A stretch of 12,601 nucleotides of DNA from a candidate division WOR-3 bacterium (lineage in GTDB: Bacteria; Hydrothermota; Tepidihabitantia; Tepidihabitantales; Tepidihabitantaceae), in NCBI GenBank assembly GCA_039801225.1, contig JBDRUH010000047.1, positions 1 through 12,601 of the forward strand. The letters are read 5' to 3'. Below are positions 1-7,631 of the stretch, in pieces (the stretch's first letter is position 1; every line of letters begins with the position of its first letter). The notes under the pieces were generated by a model that saw only the letters and a program-made list of their open reading frames with translations, was not told the DNA's origin and did not search any database. The position numbers and the translations under genes are program-made.

Positions 1-5
1 AGGGT

Positions 6-130
6 CTGCCCCGAGCCCAATGCGAAAAGATTGCTTCGCGGAGCCTGCCCCGAGCGAAAAGAAAGGGATTCCTCGGCAAGCTCGGAATGACGGAGCCGAG
101 GGGCGCGCAATGACAGAGATGAGGGGCGCG
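6..130 (+). repeat. Nested palindromic REP-like elements (GATTGCTTCG...CGCAATGAC family)
   Basis: CTGCCCCGAGC at 6-16 and 45-55; GAGGGGCGCG at 98-107 and 121-130; GATTGCTTCG at 29-38 closing with CGCAATGAC at 106-114; inner GATTCCTCG-GCAAG-CTCGGAATGAC at 67-91. The outer copy may be truncated by the window edge. Confidence 0.8.
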
Positions 131-271
131 TAAGGGAGAGGAGGGTAAGGGCTAAGTGTATTTATATATACACAAAATTCCGATGGGTAAAATTGAGTTA
201 AGTGTTGGAATTAAGTAACTTAATTTGAAGACCGGTTTATATAGGGGGCGGTCCACTCCAGCACTAGGGTG

Positions 272-547
272 GTAAAACCCTTTCCTGGCTCGTTTTTGGA
301 CTTGTTGGTAAGTTTAAAGTTAAGTTCAAAGGGAAAAATAAATGGAGGGATGGCTGGAAGAAGTGGTTTAAATAAGTTTTCAAGAGTGGCTTTTCATTTA
401 ATCCTAAGTTTAGAACTAAAAAGAAGGCTAAAAAGCAGTTTAAACTCTGATTTAACAAGACCCGCCCCGAGTCCGCTAAGTTCGTGGTTTGGAGTCCATA
501 GTTTTGGGCTTCCAAATAAGAAATTAGAAATAAAAACCCACAATTAA
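272..547. repeat. Degenerate 12-bp-period tandem array (23 units)
   Basis: Cut into 12-mers from 272, ten units begin NTAA (272, 308, 320, 368, 404, 416, 428, 440, 452, 476). Examples: GTAAGTTTAAAG, TTAAGTTCAAAG, CTAAGTTTAGAA, CTAAAAAGAAGG, CTAAAAAGCAGT, CTAAGTTCGTGG. Confidence 0.65.
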
Positions 548-554
548 CATTAGG

Positions 555-650
555 AATCGCTTCGCGCAGCCTGCCCCGAGTAAAAAAGGCTTGCTTTGAG
601 CGTAGCCGAAAGGGATCGTTCCACTTCGGTTGCAATGACGGGCGGAGGGA
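555..650 (+). repeat. Second, degenerate nested REP-like element
   Basis: 555-580 AATCGCTTCGCGCAGCCTGCCCCGAG matches 29-54 at 23 of 26 positions; inner GATCGTTCC...TTGCAATGAC at 614-639. Confidence 0.75.
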
Positions 651-747
651 AGGTGAAAAGATGAGTTCATCCAATTTAGAAACCAGATGAAGTTTTAATG
701 TTAGTTCAAGGAAAGAACTAATTTTGCCGACAGCCGATACCCTTTTA

Positions 748-776
748 TTGACTATGGAGAAATTTATTGGTAAATT
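748..776 (+). promoter_or_regulatory. Putative sigma70 promoter of the NTPase-vor-porV operon
   Basis: TTGACT (748-753), 17-nt spacer, TAAATT (771-776), with an extended -10 TG at 768-769. Confidence 0.6.
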
Positions 777-785
777 GTTATCTTA

Positions 786-1568
786 ATGTTTTGTTCTTAC
801 GGATTAAATAACATATCAGCGGGAACTAATACCCGCTGGATTAATGCCGATAGGTTTTTATTAGGTCTACGCCGGATTAACCTTTTTGTTGGTGGTTATG
901 GTTCGGGCAAGAGCGAGGTGGCGATAAACTTTGCGATTGGTCTTAAAGAGTGGGGATTTAAGGTAACTGTTGCCGATTTGGACATTGTTAACCCGTATTT
1001 TCGCAGCCGAGAGGCAAGAAAGGTGTTGGAAGGTTTTGGTATAGAGGTGCTTTTGCCACCGGTAGAGATTATGGAGTCGGACCTGCCGATAATCCAGCCC
1101 GAGATAGTTGGGGCGCTAAAGAATCCGGAGAAATTTCTGGTTCTTGATTTAGGCGGTGACCCGGTTGGCGCGCGGGTTTTGGCAAGTATATCACCCTGGG
1201 TGCCAAAGGATGAGATTGACTCCTTTTTTGTTTTGAACTCCCGGAGACCCTGGACCAGAACTGTGGAAAGCACCAAGAAGATGATTGAGGCGATCACCGA
1301 TTCCTGTGGCTTTCCGATTACCCATCTTATCGTTAACTCCCATCTTATTGAAGAGACCAGTGTTGCGGTGATAGAAGAAGGTATTAAACTGGCAGAATCG
1401 GTGAGCAAGGTTGCCATGATACCTATCGGATTTGTCGCAATTGAAAGCAGGTTTTTTGATATTACCCAGTTTGCTAACCTTCCCTATCCAGTTCTGGTTA
1501 TGGAGCGTTATCTCTTGAAACCATGGGAAAAAGATAGTCGGTTGGGACCGGCGCGGTTTAAGATATAA
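786..1568 (+). CDS. Uncharacterised P-loop NTPase (MinD/CobQ/ParA-like) of the type found beside 2-oxoacid oxidoreductase operons
   Basis: Walker A GGYGSGKS, VADLDIVNPYFRSR motif and DLGGD Walker B/switch region. The start codon is uncertain. Confidence 0.8.
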   Translation: MFCSYGLNNISAGTNTRWINADRFLLGLRRINLFVGGYGSGKSEVAINFAIGLKEWGFKVTVADLDIVNPYFRSREARKVLEGFGIEVLLPPVEIMESDLPIIQPEIVGALKNPEKFLVLDLGGDPVGARVLASISPWVPKDEIDSFFVLNSRRPWTRTVESTKKMIEAITDSCGFPITHLIVNSHLIEETSVAVIEEGIKLAESVSKVAMIPIGFVAIESRFFDITQFANLPYPVLVMERYLLKPWEKDSRLGPARFKI

Positions 1569-1576
1569 GGAGAAGA

Positions 1577-1822
1577 ATGGCAAAAAAGGCAAAGGTTACT
1601 ATAGAGAAAAATCGGTGTAAAGGTTGTGAACTTTGTGTTCATTTCTGCCCGAAAAAGGTTTTAGCGATGTCAAAGGAGATTAATGATAAAGGGTATTTCT
1701 TTTCTTCTGTGGTGAACCAGGATGCCTGCATAGCCTGCCGCTTCTGCGGGCTTATCTGCCCGGATTGCGCGATTGAAATTGCTGTAGAAGAACCGAAAAC
1801 AACGGAGATTACCAATGGCTAA
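1577..1822 (+). CDS. 2x[4Fe-4S] ferredoxin, delta subunit of the 2-oxoacid:ferredoxin oxidoreductase (VorC-like)
   Basis: Two CxxCxxCxxxCP motifs (CKGCELCVHFCP, CIACRFCGLICP); AAGGAG RBS; overlaps the start of the alpha subunit. Confidence 0.93.
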   Translation: MAKKAKVTIEKNRCKGCELCVHFCPKKVLAMSKEINDKGYFFSSVVNQDACIACRFCGLICPDCAIEIAVEEPKTTEITNG

Positions 1823-2873
1823 GGTTTTGATGAAAGGTAACGAGGCGATTGCTGAGTCGGCAGTCCGGGCGGGTGGACTTTTGTATTTTGGCTACCCTAT
1901 CACCCCGCAGTCCGAGATTGCCGAATATTTAGCCCATCGGATGCCTGAGGTTGGCGGCTGTTTTTTGCAGATTGAGAGTGAAGTGGCGGTGGCGAATGTT
2001 CTTTATGGGGCGGCGGGTGCCGGGGCCCGTGCTTGGACATCATCCTCCAGTCCCGGAATCAGTTTGATGATGGAAGGCATCTCTTACATCGCTGCTGCAG
2101 AGTTGCCCTGCGTTATCGTAAACATCGTCCGCTGCGGTCCTGGTCTGGGTGGAATTCTACCATCACAGGGTGACTATTTTCAGGCGGTTAAAGGTGGTGG
2201 GCATGGTGATTACCGGTGTTTGGTTTATGCGCCGGCATCGGTGCAAGAGGCGGTGGACATAATGCCTCTGGCTTTTGACCGGGCAGACCGTTATCGCAAC
2301 CCGGTAATTGTGATTGGTGATGGGATGATTGGTCAGATGATGGAACCGGTTGAGTTCAAAGAGCAGGAATTTCCACCCCTGCCACCAAAAGATTGGGCGA
2401 CGACCGGTTGCAAAGGGAGAAAACCTAATGTGATAAATTCACTATACCTTGACCCAGTAATAGAGGAAAAACTTAACTTTAAACTGGCAGCGAAGTATGA
2501 GGAGATGAAGAAGCAGGAGGTGCGATTTGAGGAGTTCCGCACCAATTGTCCCTACCAAGTTTTGCTCGTTGCCTATGGCACAACCGCCCGGGTATGCAAG
2601 ACGGCAATTCAGCGTCTCGCAGAAGAAGGGATTGAGGCGGCACTTTTAAGACCGATAACTCTCTTCCCTTTCCCTGATGAGAAGATATTTGAACTGGCGC
2701 AACGGGCAGAGTTTATTCTTTGTGTGGAGATGAGCACCGGTCAGATGATTGAAGATGTAAGGTTGGCGGTCGGCAGGACCAAACCGGTTTATTTCTATGG
2801 CAGAGCCGGTGGAATGGTACCCAGCCCAGAGGAGGTAGTAGAGGCGGTAAAGAAGCACTGGGGAAGGAAATGA
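1815..2873 (+). CDS. vorB: 2-oxoacid:ferredoxin oxidoreductase alpha subunit (3-methyl-2-oxobutanoate dehydrogenase VorB-like)
   Basis: [40 protein letters not shown] and GGGHGDY motifs; 352 aa. Substrate specificity is inferred. Confidence 0.9.
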   Translation: MAKVLMKGNEAIAESAVRAGGLLYFGYPITPQSEIAEYLAHRMPEVGGCFLQIESEVAVANVLYGAAGAGARAWTSSSSPGISLMMEGISYIAAAELPCVIVNIVRCGPGLGGILPSQGDYFQAVKGGGHGDYRCLVYAPASVQEAVDIMPLAFDRADRYRNPVIVIGDGMIGQMMEPVEFKEQEFPPLPPKDWATTGCKGRKPNVINSLYLDPVIEEKLNFKLAAKYEEMKKQEVRFEEFRTNCPYQVLLVAYGTTARVCKTAIQRLAEEGIEAALLRPITLFPFPDEKIFELAQRAEFILCVEMSTGQMIEDVRLAVGRTKPVYFYGRAGGMVPSPEEVVEAVKKHWGRK

Positions 2874-3667
2874 AGGTAATATTCAAAAGACCAGAATCAT
2901 TGAGTTCCACGCCTACCCATTATTGTCCCGGTTGCACTCACGGCGTGGTTCATCGTCTGATTGCCGAGGTGATTGATGAGTTGGGTTTACGGGAAAGAAC
3001 GGTTGGCATTGCTCCGGTAGGCTGCTCGGTTCTCGCATTCAACTACTTCAACTTAGACTTTCAGCAGGCGGCGCACGGTCGGGCACCGGCGGTTGCCACG
3101 GGTATAAAAAGGGCAAGACCGGATTTAATAGTCTTCACCTATCAGGGCGATGGCGATTTGGCATCAATCGGGATGAGTGAAATTGTCCATGCGGCAAATC
3201 GGGGTGAGAAGTTTACGGTGGTATTTATTAACAATGCGATATATGGAATGACCGGTGGACAGATGGCACCAACAACGATGCCCGGACAGGTTACCACCAC
3301 CAGCCCGAGGGGCAGAGATGTCAATGATGTTGGCTATCCGATTAGGATGTGTGAAATCTTAGCCAGTTTGAAGACGCCGGGTTTTATTGAGCGGGTGGCG
3401 GTGCACACCCCAAAACAGGTGCTAAATGCCCGCCGGGCGTTAAAAGAGGCGTTCACCCTTCAGCGGGACGGCATCTGCTTCTCTTTTGTTGAATGCCTTT
3501 CCATTTGTCCAACCAACTGGGGACTTTCTCCGGTTCAGGCAACAAAGTGGTTAGAAGAAAATATGTTACCTTACTATCCGGTGCAGAATTTCAAAAGACC
3601 GGAAATAAAATGTGGAATGCGGAATGCGGAATGCGGAACTCAGAACCGGGAAAAAGATGCAGATTGA
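2870..3667 (+). CDS. 2-oxoacid:ferredoxin oxidoreductase beta (TPP-binding) subunit
   Basis: HYCPGC, VGCS, HGRA, GDGD...[14 protein letters not shown] motif and CPTNW; ATGA overlap with alpha. The C-terminal tail is encoded by a heptamer repeat. Confidence 0.93.
   Translation: MKVIFKRPESLSSTPTHYCPGCTHGVVHRLIAEVIDELGLRERTVGIAPVGCSVLAFNYFNLDFQQAAHGRAPAVATGIKRARPDLIVFTYQGDGDLASIGMSEIVHAANRGEKFTVVFINNAIYGMTGGQMAPTTMPGQVTTTSPRGRDVNDVGYPIRMCEILASLKTPGFIERVAVHTPKQVLNARRALKEAFTLQRDGICFSFVECLSICPTNWGLSPVQATKWLEENMLPYYPVQNFKRPEIKCGMRNAECGTQNREKDAD
3609..3650 (+). repeat. Heptamer tandem repeat (AATGCGG)n
   Basis: AATGTGG AATGCGG AATGCGG AATGCGG AACTCAG AACCGGG. Confidence 0.9.
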
Positions 3668-4208
3668 AATCGTATTTGCTGGATTTGGTGGGCAGGGTGT
3701 TCTGCTTGCCGGCAAGGTTCTTGCTGAAGTGGGAATGAAATTGGATAAGGAGGTGGTCTGGCTGCCCTCTTACGGACCAGAAATGCGCGGTGGCACAGCC
3801 AACTGCACGGTGATTATTTCTGATGAGCCAATCGCCTCACCCATCATCGCTCATCCCAGAGATACGGTGGTGATGAATAGACCGTCTTTAGAAAAGTTCT
3901 GTCCTACTCAACGCCCAGGTGGATTTACCATTGTGAACACTTCACTTATAAATATCAGGCCGGAACGGAATGACATCACTGTTGTTGAGGTCCCAGCAAA
4001 TGAGATAGCGATTGAAGCGGGTACGGGCAGGGCAGCAAATATGGTAATGCTGGGTGCTTATGTTGGGGCAACCAAAATTGTTCCTTTGGAAGAGGTTATA
4101 GAGCAAATTAAAGAAGAGTTTGAAGATAGACCGAAAGTGATTCCGGTTAACATTAAATGTTTAGAACAGGGGTTCAAAATCGGGCAACAATCTGCCGGCA
4201 GCCGATAG
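3657..4208 (+). CDS. 2-oxoacid:ferredoxin oxidoreductase gamma subunit
   Basis: [21 protein letters not shown] and ANMVMLGA motifs. ATG 3657 is preferred over GTG 3612, which lies inside the repeat. Confidence 0.92.
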   Translation: MQIEIVFAGFGGQGVLLAGKVLAEVGMKLDKEVVWLPSYGPEMRGGTANCTVIISDEPIASPIIAHPRDTVVMNRPSLEKFCPTQRPGGFTIVNTSLINIRPERNDITVVEVPANEIAIEAGTGRAANMVMLGAYVGATKIVPLEEVIEQIKEEFEDRPKVIPVNIKCLEQGFKIGQQSAGSR

Positions 4209-4228
4209 CGGCTGGCTGATAGCCATTG
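4194..4228. repeat. Degenerate heptamer tract (GCYGATA-like) with a hairpin at the gamma/porV junction
   Basis: GCCGGCA GCCGATA GCGGCTG GCTGATA GCCATTG; stem-loop CAGCCG-ATAG-CGGCTG at 4199-4214. Confidence 0.5.
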
Positions 4229-4230
4229 AG

Positions 4231-5196
4231 ATGCAATGTAGTGCTGCGGTTGCGATAATAATCTCCATTGGCAGCGGGATGTGGCTCGGACCCGGGGCAA
4301 CCGGCTTTACCTTTATGAAGTTAGGGATAGGTGCCCGACCGGTAGGTATGGGGCAGGCTTTTACCGCGGTAGCGGATGACGCCAATGCCCTTTTCTATAA
4401 TCCCGGAGGGCTTGGGTTTCATTCTCAGTTTAATGCCAGTCTGACAGTTATGCAGATGTTTGATTGTGTCTCTTACCTTTCAGGCGGTTTTACGACACCG
4501 ATAGCTAACCGATTCGCCATCGGTCTGGGAGGCGGTTTTTTGAGCGCCACTGATATCCGAAGGGACAACAAGGGTCAAGAGATTGGCAGATTCGGATTGA
4601 ATGAGTTGATAATAGGACCGGGTTTTGCCTTAAAACCGGTCAAGTGGTTGGCGTTGGGCGGGACCGGAAAATTCTCCTTTGCCCGAATTGACTCGTTTTC
4701 TGCCTGGGCTCTTTCCTTTGATGGCGGGGCTATTTATCAGCCGATGAAGTATCTCACTTTAGGTGCCAGCCTCCTCCATCTGGGCACACCAAGGCGATTT
4801 ATTGCCGACTGGGAGTATCCACCAGTAAATCTGCGTGCCGGTGCCGCATTCAAACTGCCGATTGAGAACCATTACATCCTCATTGCTGTTGATGGGTCGG
4901 GTTATCCTGATTACGGTCCTAATTTATCAATCGGTGGTGAGGCGCGTCTGGACATAACTCAGCGGGGTGGAAAACAGAATCAGGCGCTCTTGCTCCGCGC
5001 CGGTTATCAGACCGGTAGTCCTCTTGGTCTCTGGTCAGGATTTTCCTTCGGCATCGGGTATGAATATGGGCTTACCTCGGGAGTGAGTTTAGCGATTGAT
5101 GCGGTTTATCTTTCTTATGGTATTTTGGGCGATGCAGAAAGGGTTTCTTTGGGTTTGAAGTTCACACCCGTAGGTATAGTAAAACGCCGCAAATAG
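4231..5196 (+). CDS. PorV/PorQ-family outer-membrane beta-barrel (FadL-like, type IX secretion associated)
   Basis: FMKLGIGARPVGMGQAFTAVADDANALFYNPGGL is the typical N-terminal signature. Alternating beta-strand pattern with LRAGY, FSFGIG and RVSLGLKF follows. Confidence 0.85.
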   Translation: MQCSAAVAIIISIGSGMWLGPGATGFTFMKLGIGARPVGMGQAFTAVADDANALFYNPGGLGFHSQFNASLTVMQMFDCVSYLSGGFTTPIANRFAIGLGGGFLSATDIRRDNKGQEIGRFGLNELIIGPGFALKPVKWLALGGTGKFSFARIDSFSAWALSFDGGAIYQPMKYLTLGASLLHLGTPRRFIADWEYPPVNLRAGAAFKLPIENHYILIAVDGSGYPDYGPNLSIGGEARLDITQRGGKQNQALLLRAGYQTGSPLGLWSGFSFGIGYEYGLTSGVSLAIDAVYLSYGILGDAERVSLGLKFTPVGIVKRRK

Positions 5197-5204
5197 TTCT
5201 TAAG

Positions 5205-7463
5205 TTACAAATTTGGATACCAAACCGGATTTTCTTTCATAAACCTTAAAATTCTTCCCCCGTCACGGCGCGTGTTGATGAGTTTAATGCCCATCTCAGG
5301 AAGAATTGATTCCAGCCGGGCCGGAGTGGGATACCGGCCGAGAACGATAACATACTTTGGTTTAAGCGATTCAAACAGTTCTAAAGGGTTCCCTTTTCTA
5401 CTGCCATGATGGGGCGATTTCAAGAGAAAGACCGGGGCGGTTGAACTCTGTTTTAGAGCGATGGTCAGTGCCTCAGGCATTTCGCAGTCACCAGTTAATA
5501 AGAAGGAAAACTGTTTATGCTCAATCAAAGCAACAAGAGAAATCGGGTTGGTTGAGATGAGCCCCTGGTGGTAAAACCAGAGGGTAGTTTCGTCAGGTAA
5601 AAGAAACTGGATTTTATAACCGAACCCCTGTAGTTCCCCCCCTTTTTTAGTAAGAACTATTTCTGTGCCGGAAAGTTGGTACCGGTTCAAGAGTTTTTGG
5701 TAAAGGCTGTCGCCCTGAGTCGTCGGCACAATCAGCCGGTCAATCCTAAACCGTTCGGGCAGGTCAAGGAGTCCGCCGTAATGGTCCCGGTCTGGGTGGG
5801 TAACAACCGCCACATCAAGCCGTTTGATCCCCTCGCTGCGGAAGAAATCGGTTAAGACATTGGTGCCGTCAATGCCAGCGTCAAAAAGAATTTTTCTGCC
5901 GAGGGTGTCCTCCAAAAGAAGGGCATCACCTTTACCCGGGTCAAGGATGGTGATTTTCGTCTGGGGTTGGGTAAGAATACCCGACCAGACAAAAACTACT
6001 AAGCCACCAGCAAGTCCGAGGCGAAAGAGGGTTTTTGCCCAGTGGTTTTTCCAGTTTAAAAAGAGGAGAAGAAGGGCATAGAACCAGAAGACCCAAACCC
6101 AGGAGAGCTTACCCGGTTCAATAAGCAAAAAGTCAAGCCTGGCGAGCCAGTTGGTAATATTTAGGAGTAATGAGGAGATAATTCGCACCGTTTCGGCAAG
6201 AATACTGGCGGTGGTGGTGTTGAGTAGTGCGAGGCAGAGCATAAGAAAACCTAAGGGTAAAGCGAGATTGACCAGAGGAATAACTACTACACTGGAGAAA
6301 AATGCCAGGGGTTGAAAACGAAAAAAGTGATGAAGCAGTAATGGTGCGGTGCTAATAGTGGCAATAAGGGAAATAATAACTGGTAAAAGTAGATAGTTGC
6401 GGAGCCAATTAGGAATTTTCCGACGGGAAAGTAGAACCCAAGCCTTTGGTGAGAAGGTAAGGAGGGCAGCGGTAGCGGTAAAGGAGAGCTGGGCACCGGC
6501 ATCAAATAGGGTATTGGGTTCAATAAAAAGCAGGATTATTCCGGCAAAACACAGAGTTGCTAAAGGGGTAAGTCGGCGCTGAATCGGTATGCTTAATAAT
6601 GCGGCAGTGGTCATTAGACCTGCCCGGGCGGGTGCTGGTGTCCAGCCAGCGAGCGCCACATAAAACAGCGCACCTAAACTTGAGATAACAAACCTTGCCC
6701 AACCTCTAATCCGTAGAACCGAAAGGAGAAGGATTAGCGCACCGACCACCACTCCAACATTTAAACCTGAAACCGCCATAATATGAAGCAAACCCGAATC
6801 AGTAAAAGAGGTTTGGACCTTTTTGGGAAGTCCACTTTTATCGCCAAAAAGGAGACCAATGAGTAGCGCTCCTTCATCGCCACCAATGAGTTTTTCTATG
6901 GTCTTGAAGATGAATCGGCGCGAGGGCATTACCACCGAGCGGGCAAACCAATTACCGTGGTTTCGGCTGAGGAGAGTAATTTTATTCGGTCTAACGGTAA
7001 CCCGACCAATAAAACCCTTCTTTTGCATCACCTGGTTATAGTCAACCAGTCCGGGATTTTTGGGAAAATCAAAAGGGCGGATTCTTCCTTTTACTTTAAT
7101 GAAATCGCCCAGCCGCAAACCCGAATTGGCATCTTTTAGAAATAATATAACTTTACCCTCAAGTGGTGGTGTGAGTTCCAACACCGCACTTCGGGGATGA
7201 TAGCCATAGGGTTCTGAGACCACTGTTCCAGAAAAGGTGTTAATGGGAGTAACATCTTTTGTGACCCAAGGGTTACGGCTATGGGTAAATAAAAACGCGC
7301 TCAAAGTAAGGAATAGATAAAGCGAAAATCCGCGAGTTGGTTTTGCAAGAATCAAGCCGATAATCACTATAATACCAGCAAACCACCATACCGGGATTTT
7401 TGTCTGGGCGAGGATTATCCCCAAGGCGATGGCAATAAGCGCCCGTAATGATGCATATTTCAT
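5205..7463 (-). CDS. comEC: DNA internalisation competence protein ComEC/Rec2 (OB domain, Competence domain, MBL domain)
   Basis: KNPGLVDY, ALLIGLLFGD, GLLHIMAVSGLNV, GAQLSF, DPGKGDA, THPDRDHYGG, LLTGD and PHHGS motifs. Start is ATG 7463 or GTG 7484. Confidence 0.93.
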   Translation of the reverse strand: MKYASLRALIAIALGIILAQTKIPVWWFAGIIVIIGLILAKPTRGFSLYLFLTLSAFLFTHSRNPWVTKDVTPINTFSGTVVSEPYGYHPRSAVLELTPPLEGKVILFLKDANSGLRLGDFIKVKGRIRPFDFPKNPGLVDYNQVMQKKGFIGRVTVRPNKITLLSRNHGNWFARSVVMPSRRFIFKTIEKLIGGDEGALLIGLLFGDKSGLPKKVQTSFTDSGLLHIMAVSGLNVGVVVGALILLLSVLRIRGWARFVISSLGALFYVALAGWTPAPARAGLMTTAALLSIPIQRRLTPLATLCFAGIILLFIEPNTLFDAGAQLSFTATAALLTFSPKAWVLLSRRKIPNWLRNYLLLPVIISLIATISTAPLLLHHFFRFQPLAFFSSVVVIPLVNLALPLGFLMLCLALLNTTTASILAETVRIISSLLLNITNWLARLDFLLIEPGKLSWVWVFWFYALLLLFLNWKNHWAKTLFRLGLAGGLVVFVWSGILTQPQTKITILDPGKGDALLLEDTLGRKILFDAGIDGTNVLTDFFRSEGIKRLDVAVVTHPDRDHYGGLLDLPERFRIDRLIVPTTQGDSLYQKLLNRYQLSGTEIVLTKKGGELQGFGYKIQFLLPDETTLWFYHQGLISTNPISLVALIEHKQFSFLLTGDCEMPEALTIALKQSSTAPVFLLKSPHHGSRKGNPLELFESLKPKYVIVLGRYPTPARLESILPEMGIKLINTRRDGGRILRFMKENPVWYPNL

Positions 7464-7489
7464 ACCGACAAAAGGAGACCCCACGCTGA

Positions 7490-7518
7490 AGGGTAAAATA
7501 AAATTGATTGAGCGTCAA
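7490..7518 (-). promoter_or_regulatory. Putative sigma70 promoter for comEC
   Basis: Minus-strand TTGACG (7518-7513), 17-nt spacer, TACCCT (7495-7490). Confidence 0.45.
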
Positions 7519-7532
7519 TAAGAATGTTGTGA

Positions 7533-7560
7533 TTGCATTTTCGGTTGGGTGAGATAAAAT
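7533..7560 (+). promoter_or_regulatory. Putative sigma70 promoter for queD
   Basis: TTGCAT (7533-7538), 16-nt spacer, TAAAAT (7555-7560); GGAGG RBS before ATG 7632. Confidence 0.45.
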
Positions 7561-7631
7561 TAATAGGTGATAGTTTTGGTAATATTGCCGGCGTTAGTTA
7601 TGCCACTTTTTTATAAATTTATGGAGGTTCT

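Noticed and set aside
1..650. CRISPR array
   Set aside because: No identical 23-47 bp repeats with regular spacers and no cas genes.
264..674. 136-aa minus-strand and 92-aa plus-strand ORFs as ordinary genes
   Set aside because: No recognisable domain. The minus ORF runs through a repeat element, and openness is explained by the phased TAA/TTA of the array. Retained only as a hypothesis.
3612..3656. N-terminal extension [15 protein letters not shown] of the gamma subunit
   Set aside because: It is a translation of the heptamer repeat. Family similarity starts at MQIEIVFAG.
4199..4214. Intrinsic terminator after the gamma subunit
   Set aside because: The hairpin has no following U-tract and overlaps the stop codon.
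6751..6795. ComEC SGLNV instead of SGLHV as an inactivating change
   Set aside because: Asn at this position is a variant I recognise in other ComEC proteins, and the ORF is intact with all three domains.
7561..7631. preQ1 riboswitch or attenuator upstream of queD
   Set aside because: There is only a weak GGCGT/ATGCC stem before a T-run. The preQ1-I stem-loop with its A-rich tail is not present.
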